NCBI GenBank assembly: GCA_030040995.1
Contig: JASHOS010000198.1
Location: 838 to 64,837, forward strand
Direction: 5' to 3'
DNA: 64,000 nt
From: Terriglobia bacterium
Lineage (GTDB): Bacteria > Acidobacteriota > Terriglobia > UBA7540
The position numbers and the translations under genes are program-made. Under the pieces are notes generated by a model. It was not told where the DNA came from. It searched no databases and saw nothing but the letters and a program-made list of their open reading frames with translations. Of the stretch, positions 46,107-55,156 are shown in pieces; position 1 is the stretch's first letter, and each line of letters begins with the position of its first letter.

Positions 46107-47471
46107 TTACAGCATGTAAGAGAGATTGGAGGCGTGCGTCGGATAGGCAAACAAGGTCTCCTTAAGGATCGTTGCAGGGATGCTGCCGTGGATGGCCAAG
46201 GCGAAGATGTTGATCAACTCGTCCGAGGCGGCGCCCAGCAAGTGCGCACCGAGAACGCGGTCACTCTTTTCTTCGATCAGTACCTTGTATGCGGAATATT
46301 TTTCGCCCACCCGGCGCGAGGAATACCAGTCCGAAGTCTTGGCATGGTTGACGCGAAACTTCAGACCCTGTTCCCAAGCCGCTCGCTCACCGAGGCCCAC
46401 GGCGGCCAGGGGCGGCGTGGTGAACGCCTCGGTAGGTACACCGGGATGATCAGCCTTGACGTGATTTCCCTTAAGGAGATTGGCGGCCACGGTGCGGCCT
46501 TCGTAACCCGCAACCGGGGTTAACGGCGGTCCGCCGCTGGCAGCGGCGTCGCCCGCAGCATAGACGGCGGGATTGGAGACGCTCTGTAGATATTCATTCA
46601 CTTTCACTCCCTGGCGGCCGTCCCATTCGATACCCGCGGAATCAAGTCTAAGGTCTTCAATATCGGGCACGCGGCCTGCTCCATGAACTGCCATATCCAC
46701 CTCGACAGAATACTTTTTGCCCGCAGCGGCAGCGTGTACCGTCAATCCTTTTGAAGTTTTTTCGATGCTCTCGACAACCGTATCAAGCTGCACGTCAACT
46801 CCCAAGTCTCTCGTCTGTTGCACCAGAAGATCGACCAGGTCCGGATCGAAACCGGCCAGGGGGCGGGAGTCGCGGTGAAGAAGCGTCGTCTGAACTCCGG
46901 CGTGCGCCGCGATGTGAGCGAATTCGAAAGAGATGTACCCACCGCCGACGAACCCAATGCGGCGCGGCAGGAAATCGAGTTCCATGAACTGGTCGCTGGT
47001 GGTCAGAAGGTTTTCCCCAGGAATATTCAGGTTAGCCGGCTTCCGGCCTGCGGCGATCACAAAATACCGCGCCTCCAGCGCGCCGCCTCCCACCTCCAAA
47101 ACCGTGGGGCCGGTGAAGCGCGCACGGCCATGAAAGGCGGCAATCTGGGCCTCGGCAAAGCCCTTTTCCCGTTGTTCCGGAACCGGATCGGTAAAGGATC
47201 GCTTGAAGCGGATCAGCTCGGGCCACGCAACCCGCAAGGCGCTGCTTTCAACGCCCTTACCTTTCATTCGCGCGGCCCAGTCGATGACCTCGCTAGCGCC
47301 GACGAGCACTTTCTTGGGATCGCATCCGCGTAAGGCGCACGTGCCGCCAAATGGCCGCGAGTCCACCACCGCGACCTGCCAACCCGCCTGGCGGCAGGAT
47401 GAAGCGACCGTCGAGGCGGCAACCCCGGTCCCAACCACAACAACATCAAACTTAGTTCTCATCGCTTGCAC
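46107..47471 (-). CDS. Class I pyridine nucleotide-disulfide oxidoreductase (dihydrolipoyl dehydrogenase / glutathione reductase family)
   Basis: 454 aa. GTGVAAS FAD motif, redox-active GGTCALRGCDPKK, and a dimerisation domain. Confidence 0.9.
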   Translation of the reverse strand: MQAMRTKFDVVVVGTGVAASTVASSCRQAGWQVAVVDSRPFGGTCALRGCDPKKVLVGASEVIDWAARMKGKGVESSALRVAWPELIRFKRSFTDPVPEQREKGFAEAQIAAFHGRARFTGPTVLEVGGGALEARYFVIAAGRKPANLNIPGENLLTTSDQFMELDFLPRRIGFVGGGYISFEFAHIAAHAGVQTTLLHRDSRPLAGFDPDLVDLLVQQTRDLGVDVQLDTVVESIEKTSKGLTVHAAAAGKKYSVEVDMAVHGAGRVPDIEDLRLDSAGIEWDGRQGVKVNEYLQSVSNPAVYAAGDAAASGGPPLTPVAGYEGRTVAANLLKGNHVKADHPGVPTEAFTTPPLAAVGLGERAAWEQGLKFRVNHAKTSDWYSSRRVGEKYSAYKVLIEEKSDRVLGAHLLGAASDELINIFALAIHGSIPATILKETLFAYPTHASNLSYML

Positions 47472-47654
47472 TCCTCAACCTTTACGATGACGGCATCGCT
47501 GATTTCGAGGCAGAAGATTTCTTCCTCATCGCTCGAATGTAGGGATGGCCTGCCGCAATGTTGTCAAATTAACCGAATCGCGTTGGCCCTAAAGAGCGGC
47601 TTTGCCGCGCGTCACCTCGAAGGATCTGAAACCTAATTCGGACAAACCTCGGCG

Positions 47655-47900
47655 GGCCCTCAGGGTTCCGTCAAAGTTGCGGTTCGCATCCCACTCGCGG
47701 CTATCTATGCGATACGCGCGGAAAATCCCCTCACCCGGCCCGCGCCGGCTGGAGAAAGCGCCGGTCGCGAGCCACCCTCTCCCGAGGGAGAGGGCAAGGG
47801 CTTCGTGCTGGTTTGCTTGCGGACGCGAGGCCGCGCTGCGCTACAACAATGCGCCCCAAACCGCAATAAGCCCGACTTTGACATGATCCTGCCCTGGGCA
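47655..47900. mobile_element. MITE-like element, family F copy 2 (inverted relative to copy 1), with a nested family C unit at about 47722..47800
   Basis: cagggttccgtcaaagttgcgg...ctgcgctacaacaatgcgccccaaaccgcaataagcccgactttgacatgatcctgccctgg. The right end is the reverse complement of the 45890..45950 segment. Confidence 0.6.
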
Positions 47901-47992
47901 AGCCCTAGCCCTACGCTGAGTACAGGAAAGCTCCGCGGTATAATGGATGGTTTGCGCAAAGGCAGCGAAGCTTGCAGGGGGGAGTTTCGCTC

Positions 47993-50900
47993 ATGAAGGC
48001 CCCGCGCAACCCTCCACCTGTCATGGCTCAATCGTCTCAGGATAACTATCGGCCCCTGGAAGCCGCTGAAGCTCCGCTCGACCCGGACTGCTCTGGGGCG
48101 GGCCAGGCGTTCGTGCCGGTCGAGCCGAATGCTCCCGCCGGGTCTGCGGCAACTTGCGATGACGCGAATTCAATCATGGTGCGCGGGGCCAGAGTGCATA
48201 ACCTCAAAGGCATCGATTGCGAAATTCCGCTCAATTGTTTGACCGTGGTCACAGGAGTTTCCGGCTCCGGTAAATCGAGCCTGGCGTTCGATACTCTCTA
48301 CGCCGAAGGCCAGCGCCGTTATGTGGAGTCGCTTTCCGCCTATGCGCGGCAATTTCTCGAACGAATGGAAAAACCGGACGTGGACGAGATAAGCGGCATT
48401 GCGCCGGCGGTGGCGATCCGGCAGAAAAACGCGACGCGCAATCCCCGCTCCACCGTCGCGACCGCTACGGAAATCTACGACTATCTCCGGTTACTCTTCG
48501 CCCGCGCTGGAATCACGTATTGCCCACAGTGCGGCGATCCGGTAACCAAAGACCATGTAGACGCCATTGCGGACCGTGTGCTCAGCATGGCACCCGGCCT
48601 CCGGTTTCAGGTGATGTTCTCCCTGATCCACGCCGCGATCGAGAGCCGGGAAGAGCGAACAGGGAACATCGGGGCAGACGGCGAAGCTAATGCGGTGGAA
48701 GGCGATTCCCTTCTCTCGAGCCAGCCGGAATCGCGGAAAAAAAGAACTCGCACAGGGAAGGCGAAGAGGGGCGGTGCTCCACCGGCTGCCGGAGCTGCCA
48801 CCACGGGCCTTTCGCCGGGGGCCGAGCGCGCGCCTGGCGAATCGACCCGGCAGAAGCTCTTTTCGCTTCGCCAGCGGGGCTTTAGCCGTCTTTTCCAGGG
48901 CGGACGGACGTTCGAATTCTCAGCGCCCGAAAGCATTTTAGAAATCGACTTCGCGCAGCCGGTCTACGTGCTGGTGGACCGGCTGGCAGTGAGCGCGGAT
49001 ATCCGCCAGCGTCTGACCGACTCAGTGGAGCTCTGCTTTCGCGAGGCAGGAGAAGCGGTCCTCGAATTCGCGCCGGAAGCGGGCCGGGCCGTTCCCGGCG
49101 CGCTCGTCTTCAACGAGCGGTTTGAGTGCAAGCGCTGCGGTGTGGTTTTTCAGGAACCGGAGCCGCGTCTGTTTTCATTTAACAACCCTTTCGGGGCGTG
49201 CCCTCGTTGCCAGGGCTTCGGCAACACTATCGACCTCGATCCGGACCTGATTATTCCCGATAAGAATAAGACCCTGGCGGAGGGCGCCATTGATCCTTGG
49301 ACCAAGCCTCGTTACCGCGAGCACTTCAGCACAATGAAGCGCGCGGCCCGTCTGCGCGGTGTCCCTCTGGATGTGCCTTATTTCAAGCTCAGTGAAGCTC
49401 AGCGGCAATGGCTCATGGAAGGCGACGACGACTTCGCTGGCATCCGCAAGTTTTTCGACGGTCTGGAACGCAAGAAATACAAACTTCACGTCCGTGTGTT
49501 TCTTAGCCGCTACCGTGGCTATTCCTTATGTCCGGAGTGCAGCGGGGGAAGGTTGCGGCGGGAGGCGCTGTACGTGCGAATCGGAGGGAAAAACATCACC
49601 GAGGTCTGCCGCATGTCGATCCGGGAGGCGCAGGAATTCTTTGCCGGGCTCCAGTTTTCGCCGTCACAGGCGGTCGTAGCAGAGAGGGTGCTTGAGGAAG
49701 TTCACTCCCGGCTCAGATTTCTTGAGGAGGCTGGGCTCGAATACCTCACGCTGGACCGGCTGGCCTCTACGCTTTCGGGAGGCGAGTCGCAACGGATTCA
49801 GCTTGCCACATCCCTGGGGTCGAACCTGGTGGGCACGCTTTACGTGCTCGATGAGCCGTCGATCGGGTTGCACGCGCGCGACACGGGGAGGCTGATCATG
49901 ATTCTGAAGCGCCTCCGCGACCTGGGCAACACCATTCTGGTGGTGGAGCACGATCCAGCCATGATGCGCCACGCCGACCAGATCCTCGACCTCGGCCCCG
50001 GAGCGGGCGAGCATGGAGGGCAGGTGGTCTACCAAGGCGATTGGGCGGGCCTGCTGGCAGACCCGCGTTCCATGACAGGCCGGTATCTTTCCGGCGAACT
50101 CGAGATCCCTCTCCCTTACGCGCGCCGCAAGCCCAATCAAGGCTGGCTGAAAGTGCGAGGCGCCCGGCAACACAATTTGAAGTCGATCGACGTCGACATT
50201 CCGCTGGGGACGATGACCTGCATCAGCGGCGTCTCAGGCTCTGGCAAGTCGACGCTGGTGCACGAGGTGCTCTATAACGCGCTGCTCTCGCGCTTGAGAA
50301 TGCCCGCGCACCATGCCGAGTACGAGGGCCTGGAAGGCGGTAACACCCTGGCGGGTGTGATCCTGGTGGATCAGTCGCCCTTGGGCCGGACTCCGCGTTC
50401 AAACCCCGTCACCTACATTAAGGCATTCGACGAAGTCAGGGCGTTGTTTGCGTCAACTCCCGAAGCCAGGAAGCGCGGCTTCTTGCCGGGCTATTTTTCC
50501 TTCAACGTGCCCGGAGGCCGCTGTGAAGTCTGCCAGGGGGACGGCACCGTCAAGGTGGAGATGCAGTTTCTCGCCGACGTGGAGCTTGTTTGTGAACACT
50601 GCCGTGGGCAGCGATTCAAGCCCAGCGTCCTTGACGTCCGGTACAAAGGAAAGAACGTCGCGGAAGTTCTGCAACTAACCATCAGGGAAGCGCTGGCCTT
50701 CTTTTCCAACAGCCCGAGAATTACCAAGAAGCTTCGCATTCTGGAGGAAGTGGGTCTGGGCTACTTGCGGCTCGGCCAATCCGCCACCACCCTTTCGGGC
50801 GGGGAAGCGCAGCGAGTGCGCCTGGCCGCCTACCTTGCGGAGCAAACCGGGTCAAACACGCTTTTCATCTTCGACGAGCCGACCACCGGCTTGCATTTTG

Positions 50901-51211
50901 ACGATATCCTCAAGCTGCTCTCCGCCTTCCGCAAGCTCATCGACGCGGGCGCGACGGTGGTGATTATCGAGCACAACCTGGATGTCCTCAAGTCAGCGGA
51001 CTGGATTATTGATCTTGGTCCGGAAGGCGGCGCCGCTGGCGGCTACGTTGTGGCGGCCGGCCCGCCTGAGGCCGTCGCGCAACATGCGGAGTCCCACACG
51101 GGACGGTTCCTGGCCCCACTGCTTGCGAACCACCGCCTGAATCTCTCCTCCCCGCATTCTGAGCCGCGAAGCGGCGCCCTATCACAGCCCAGGCCAGCCG
51201 GCGTGGGTTAA
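47993..51211 (+). CDS. uvrA: Excinuclease ABC subunit A
   Basis: ATG at 47993 (GGGGGAG 8 nt upstream) in track ORF 47972..51211. Two ABC ATPase modules (GVSGSGKSSL twice, LSGGE twice) and zinc modules (CPQCG, CKRCG..CPRCQG, CEVCQGDG..CEHCRG). Confidence 0.95.
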   Translation: MKAPRNPPPVMAQSSQDNYRPLEAAEAPLDPDCSGAGQAFVPVEPNAPAGSAATCDDANSIMVRGARVHNLKGIDCEIPLNCLTVVTGVSGSGKSSLAFDTLYAEGQRRYVESLSAYARQFLERMEKPDVDEISGIAPAVAIRQKNATRNPRSTVATATEIYDYLRLLFARAGITYCPQCGDPVTKDHVDAIADRVLSMAPGLRFQVMFSLIHAAIESREERTGNIGADGEANAVEGDSLLSSQPESRKKRTRTGKAKRGGAPPAAGAATTGLSPGAERAPGESTRQKLFSLRQRGFSRLFQGGRTFEFSAPESILEIDFAQPVYVLVDRLAVSADIRQRLTDSVELCFREAGEAVLEFAPEAGRAVPGALVFNERFECKRCGVVFQEPEPRLFSFNNPFGACPRCQGFGNTIDLDPDLIIPDKNKTLAEGAIDPWTKPRYREHFSTMKRAARLRGVPLDVPYFKLSEAQRQWLMEGDDDFAGIRKFFDGLERKKYKLHVRVFLSRYRGYSLCPECSGGRLRREALYVRIGGKNITEVCRMSIREAQEFFAGLQFSPSQAVVAERVLEEVHSRLRFLEEAGLEYLTLDRLASTLSGGESQRIQLATSLGSNLVGTLYVLDEPSIGLHARDTGRLIMILKRLRDLGNTILVVEHDPAMMRHADQILDLGPGAGEHGGQVVYQGDWAGLLADPRSMTGRYLSGELEIPLPYARRKPNQGWLKVRGARQHNLKSIDVDIPLGTMTCISGVSGSGKSTLVHEVLYNALLSRLRMPAHHAEYEGLEGGNTLAGVILVDQSPLGRTPRSNPVTYIKAFDEVRALFASTPEARKRGFLPGYFSFNVPGGRCEVCQGDGTVKVEMQFLADVELVCEHCRGQRFKPSVLDVRYKGKNVAEVLQLTIREALAFFSNSPRITKKLRILEEVGLGYLRLGQSATTLSGGEAQRVRLAAYLAEQTGSNTLFIFDEPTTGLHFDDILKLLSAFRKLIDAGATVVIIEHNLDVLKSADWIIDLGPEGGAAGGYVVAAGPPEAVAQHAESHTGRFLAPLLANHRLNLSSPHSEPRSGALSQPRPAGVG

Positions 51212-51426
51212 AGGCATACTACTCTTCGTACAACTGAAGCCCTGACGGGGCATACCTCGCAGATGCTCCTACGGCCAAGCGCTCTTGGACATCTCGAGTA
51301 CGGCGAGCGGTACGTGGGGGGATTTCAGGGTACCTCAGGTCGCCCTTTCAGGGCTCGTTTTCGCAAGGCAGACTCGATTCCCTGGGCGTTGCCCAGGGCT
51401 ATGATAGAGCGGCCCTTCGGGCCTCC
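51162..51426. mobile_element. MITE-like element, family E copy 2, overlapping the last 50 nt of uvrA
   Basis: gagccgcgaagcggcgccctatcacagcccagg ... cccagggctatgatagagcggcccttcgggcctcc. Aligns along its length with the reverse complement of 18396..18650. Confidence 0.7.
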
Positions 51427-51439
51427 AAATCTGCCAGTC

Positions 51440-51620
51440 CCGCGCGCGGGAGCGGGGCCGGGGGTGAGGGGGCGTCATTGCGGCACGACAAAAGTCGTGC
51501 CCTGTCTTGAAAATCTCGGCAGAACCCCCTCACCCGGCACTGCGCGCCACCCTCTCCCCCAAGGGGGCGAGGGCAGAGGCGATTTTCATAGCTTCGCGAG
51601 TGTCGCAAAGCAACATGGCC
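51440..51620. repeat. Composite GC-hairpin repeat, family C
   Basis: gggtgaggggg, GGCACGACaaaaGTCGTGCC, CCCTCTCCCCCAAGGGGGCGAGGG, ttcatagcttcgcgagtgtcgc. Confidence 0.7.
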
Positions 51621-51673
51621 ATCTGATACCACGCGTTGTAACGCCAATTTACGCAACCAAGCATTAGACGGGT

Positions 51674-52822
51674 TTACGCGGAATCCTTCACACCGCCCGC
51701 GGCCGTGGCGTCAAGCTCCGCCATAAGCGTCTTCTTCTCATTCTCATTCATAAACGACGCGCAGACGGCATTCCTGCATAAACCTGTGATTTCCGCCTCT
51801 GAAAGGCTAAACTCAGCAGCGCAAAGCATGAGCTCCTGCTCCAGAGTGCAGCCGAACATGGCCGGATCGTCGGAATTGATCGTTACCAGGAGATCCGCCT
51901 CCAGAAATTTGCGGAGCGGATGATCGTGCACCGACGCTAACAGGCCCGTAGCGACATTGCTCGTGGGGCACACCTCCAGGGGAATACCGCGCTCGCGGAG
52001 CAATGCCATCACGTCCTCATCCTCGGCGGCCCGCAGACCGTGGCCAATCCGCTCGGCGCCGAGCAGCTCGATTGCCTGGCGCACACTCTCCGCGCCTGCC
52101 GTCTCTCCGGCGTGAGCGGTCCGGTGCAGGCCAAGGTCCTTCGCCTCCGCGTAAACGTCGCAGAATAGCCCTGCTGGCCCTTTGACTTCGTCTCCGCCAA
52201 TCCCGAACGCCACAACCCCGTCGCCACGAAAAACGCTTGCCCAGCGCAGGACCTCGCGAGCGTGATCTGCCCCGAAGTGCCGGATTGCATCGAAGATCCA
52301 GCGCACCGTTATCCCGCTCGCCGTCTGCGCCTCCCGCGCGGCCGCGAGAATGGCCTCGAAAATCCTGCTTACGGATTGCTTCTTCCAAAGAATCACGCCG
52401 GCGGAAAGCGTGATCTCGGCGTAGCGGATTTGCTGCACGGCAAGCTCCCCGATCAAATCGCGCGTGGCCAAAGCGTAAGCTTCCGGGGTTTCTAGCAGCA
52501 TTGCCACCAGCTTGAACGCCTGAAGGAAATCTGCAAAGGACTCATAACGGAATTTTCGCTCTGCCTGGCGGAGAATCCAGTCTTCCGTTTGCTCTTGAAG
52601 CCGGTCTTGGGAACGGGCCAATTGGCGTAAAGTTTCCGGCCGGATACTGCCCTCAAGGTGGAGGTGCAGCTCCACTTTCGGCAGCCGCCGTATGTGTGAT
52701 TCGAGCGCGGGAGAGAGTTCGGAAAGCAAGGGCGACGAAGGAGTCCGGGTGAGGGCCCCACGGAAAAATCCCCTCACCCGCCTGCGGGCAGAAGCCGCTC
52801 CGTCGCTGAAGCTCTGGAGCAT
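51674..52822 (-). CDS. add: Adenosine deaminase
   Basis: LPKVELHLHLEGSI..., HAGE, SINSDDPA motifs. The first 25-30 codons of the track ORF lie in a family C repeat, so the true start may be TTG at 52729. Confidence 0.85.
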   Translation of the reverse strand: MLQSFSDGAASARRRVRGFFRGALTRTPSSPLLSELSPALESHIRRLPKVELHLHLEGSIRPETLRQLARSQDRLQEQTEDWILRQAERKFRYESFADFLQAFKLVAMLLETPEAYALATRDLIGELAVQQIRYAEITLSAGVILWKKQSVSRIFEAILAAAREAQTASGITVRWIFDAIRHFGADHAREVLRWASVFRGDGVVAFGIGGDEVKGPAGLFCDVYAEAKDLGLHRTAHAGETAGAESVRQAIELLGAERIGHGLRAAEDEDVMALLRERGIPLEVCPTSNVATGLLASVHDHPLRKFLEADLLVTINSDDPAMFGCTLEQELMLCAAEFSLSEAEITGLCRNAVCASFMNENEKKTLMAELDATAAGGVKDSA

Positions 52823-52945
52823 AAGCGACCTTCGGTGGGTGCAGGCCCGGCCCGCGCCGGCTGGAGAAAGCGCCGGCCGCGGTCCACCCTCTCCCTAGGG
52901 AGAGGGTTGTTCAATTCCGGCCCTCTTCAGGGAGAGAGGGCGTCT
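52745..52945. repeat. Composite GC-hairpin repeat, family C (long subfamily, inverted relative to 27781..27965)
   Basis: tcccctcacccgcctgcgggcag...ataagcgaccttcggtgggtgcaggcc...CCCTCTCCCTAGGGAGAGGG. Confidence 0.7.
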
Positions 52946-52979
52946 TCACGAGGGGTTTTTGAATATCGCACGCCCGGAA

Positions 52980-53888
52980 TCACTGGCCGGGCAACGGCGG
53001 CTCGCCTGCGTTAACCCACGCCGTATACCAGTAGGAGCCGATATCGTTCGCGGCGCCGCTCAATTCCTCGCGCACCATAAAGTTCAAAGCCGTGAAAAAA
53101 CGGTCAAAGTAATCCTGATTGTACGCGGGGAGGTCGCCAAGCGCCCTGCGATCCGCCAGAAGAACGCGATCCACCCAACTGTTCGCCTCCAGGGCGATCC
53201 GGAACGCGTAGTCCGTGGGATCATCAATCTTGGCTGCGGGCGCAGACCGGAACAAAATGAAGTTTTTGTAACGGCTGACGAGATCGTCGCTGAATCGCCG
53301 CTCGAGGCCAGGCTGGCCCGTGAGCTGCCCGTCGTAATTATCGGACGTGTTCAGAGGGTCGTGCGCATCGGCAACGTAGTATCCAAGAGCCGCAGCGTCG
53401 GCAAGGGCCTTATCCCAGTTCTGCGCGCGCATGTCGTTCGTCAGACGCAGACTGAACTCGCCAATCTGCCAGGGCAGTGTGCCATCATGAGCGATATGGC
53501 GCGACCCATAGTCATGGATCGCCTCCCTGTAGCCGTGCGGCAACTTAAGATATGGGAAACGGCCATAATCGTCCAGGTAAATGTACTGACGATCCCGCTC
53601 GTAACGGTCCTTTTTCATCCATTGAGCCGGGTCGTTATCGTGGCTCATAATGAACGCGCGGCGAGATTCAAAGAAGGATTTGAGGGGCTCCGGCAGGGTC
53701 TGAAAAGCCCAGCGGGTCACCAGATCGTGCCCCTGCGGTCCCCATGCCACGGCTGAAGGGCACGATGCCGCAATAGCGATCAAAAACGCGGCTGCTCCCG
53801 TGAAGCACCCTGCCGGCAGCAAGCACCGGCGATGGGCCTTGGCTCGGAGGCCGGGAGCAAACGCTTCGGCAGGTACGAGAGGGCTCAT
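52980..53888 (-). CDS. Secreted zinc-dependent phospholipase C / S1-P1 nuclease superfamily protein
   Basis: Signal peptide ending ...AVA|WGPQGH (the family-typical mature N-terminus) and YYVADAHDPLN metal-site-like motif. Confidence 0.6.
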   Translation of the reverse strand: MSPLVPAEAFAPGLRAKAHRRCLLPAGCFTGAAAFLIAIAASCPSAVAWGPQGHDLVTRWAFQTLPEPLKSFFESRRAFIMSHDNDPAQWMKKDRYERDRQYIYLDDYGRFPYLKLPHGYREAIHDYGSRHIAHDGTLPWQIGEFSLRLTNDMRAQNWDKALADAAALGYYVADAHDPLNTSDNYDGQLTGQPGLERRFSDDLVSRYKNFILFRSAPAAKIDDPTDYAFRIALEANSWVDRVLLADRRALGDLPAYNQDYFDRFFTALNFMVREELSGAANDIGSYWYTAWVNAGEPPLPGQ

Positions 53889-54009
53889 AGCGCGCCACAG
53901 AAAATGAATCTACCCAAATTCTATCCTAACCTTCGATAATTGTGGCCTTGCGGTCTCGGTCTGGCAAGAGGCCCTTGCCTCGTACTATCCTTGACAAGCG
54001 CGAGGATGA

Positions 54010-54220
54010 CTTTGTCAGAGTGGATCGTCTCCCACTACCGTTGACTACGTTGATGAGCGCAAGGGCGTGCGCAATGTATGGGCGCAGCCTCTCGCCGGGG
54101 GCCCGCCGAAGCAGATCACTCACTTCAATTCCGGCCTGATTTTCAAATTTGCATGGTTGAAGAATGGCGACCTCGCGCGGCAGCCCGATGAGCGATGCGG
54201 TGATGATCAAGAATTTCTAG
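54010..54220 (+). pseudogene. 3-prime fragment of a PD40/TolB-like beta-propeller gene, with a frameshift
   Basis: ...VDYVDERKGVRNVWAQPLAGGPPKQITHFNSGLIFKFAWLKNGDLA, then a +1 frame gives SRGSPMSDAVMIKNF*. No upstream body of the gene. Confidence 0.5.
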
Positions 54221-54244
54221 AAACAGTGACGAGTGATGAGCATT

Positions 54245-54345
54245 GTAGCGCAGTGTGGCCTTGCGGCCGCAATCGGGGGAAACCCTGCCCTCGCCCCCCT
54301 TGGGGGAGAGGGTGGTCCCGCCGCGCGGGACCGGGTGAGGGGGTC
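54245..54345. repeat. Composite GC-hairpin repeat, family C, with tGTAGCGCAG head
   Basis: ttGTAGCGCAGtgtggccttgcggccgcaa...CCCTCGCCCCCCTTGGGGGAGAGGG...gggtgaggggg. Confidence 0.7.
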
Positions 54346-54388
54346 AATCACCGGCTGTAGAGTCGCGGTAAAATAAACGGGTTGGACC

Positions 54389-54943
54389 ATGGCGACCAAA
54401 ACCTTACTCAGCATCGAAGAATACGACGCTCTCCCCGAAAAGGAAGGTGTGAAATACGAGCTCAACGAAGGAGAACTGATCACTGTGGCTGCGTCTCCAC
54501 GGCTGGTCCACAATCGCGTCCGGGACGAGGTCGCATTTTCAATGCGCGAGTTTGTCCGCAGTCACCGGCTTGGCGAGATAACCATTGAGACCGACTTCAG
54601 ATTATCCGAGGGCGTTGTCCGCATTCCGGATATAGCCTTCATCCGGGCGGAGCGGATTCCAGCAATTGATCCCAGACGGAGAATCGAAGGCACCCCGGAC
54701 TTGGCGGTGGAAGTGGTTTCGCCTACCGACGATCCTAACGACCTCGTGGTCAAAATTCAGCAATACCTCCGTTCGGGTGCACGTGCTGTGTGGGTGCTTT
54801 ACTCCGAAGCCCGGCTGGCTTACTTCTATAGAACCGGGGAGCGCCCGGAAGTGCGAGAAGCCCACCAAAGCTTGGACGACCCTGAACTCCTCCCCGGCTT
54901 CTCGCTGCCTCTTTCCCGCGTCTTTGCACGCGAGCCATTCTGA
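54389..54943 (+). CDS. Uma2-family (DUF820) putative endonuclease
   Basis: 184 aa. SIEEYDALPEKEGVKYELNEGELI...IPDIAFI...PDLAVEVVSPTD...VWVL. Confidence 0.85.
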   Translation: MATKTLLSIEEYDALPEKEGVKYELNEGELITVAASPRLVHNRVRDEVAFSMREFVRSHRLGEITIETDFRLSEGVVRIPDIAFIRAERIPAIDPRRRIEGTPDLAVEVVSPTDDPNDLVVKIQQYLRSGARAVWVLYSEARLAYFYRTGERPEVREAHQSLDDPELLPGFSLPLSRVFAREPF

Positions 54944-54955
54944 GCGGGGTAGCGA

Positions 54956-54987
54956 AGACTTCGTGCCTTTCGAAGTCTGCGGTTTTT
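54956..54987 (+). terminator. Weak terminator-like hairpin after the Uma2 gene
   Basis: AGACTTCG, 7-nt loop, CGAAGTCT, then gcggTTTTT. Confidence 0.35.
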
Positions 54988-55064
54988 GTCCCCGGAACTC
55001 GATAAAAGCCGCAGACTCTCTGAACAGCGAGAGTCTGCGCTACCTTGCTCCGCCGCCGCTACTC

Positions 55065-55113
55065 CAAAAAAAGAAAGGCCCACGACGAAGTCAAAAAGCG
55101 AATTCGTCGTGGC
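55065..55113 (-). terminator. Rho-independent terminator for the ADOP permease gene
   Basis: On the minus strand: GCCACGACGAA, loop, TTCGTCGTGGGCC, followed by TTTCTTTTTTT. About 38 nt after the stop at 55151. Confidence 0.6.
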
Positions 55114-55120
55114 TACCCCG

Positions 55121-55156
55121 CTTGCTCGTCACTCTTCACTCATCACTGGTTCACTC
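55121..55156. repeat. Heptanucleotide array (nnTCACT period 7) abutting the permease stop codon
   Basis: ttgctcg tcactct tcactca tcactgg ttcactc. The last unit contains the TGA stop (complement). Confidence 0.5.

Noticed and set aside
46107-47471. The disulfide oxidoreductase as a bacillithiol-disulfide reductase, because bshC is 2.5 kb away.
   Set aside because: It is a classical two-Cys class I enzyme (GGTCALRGCDPKK), not the YpdA-type described for bacillithiol. The genes are on different strands and separated by tat genes. Proximity alone is not evidence.
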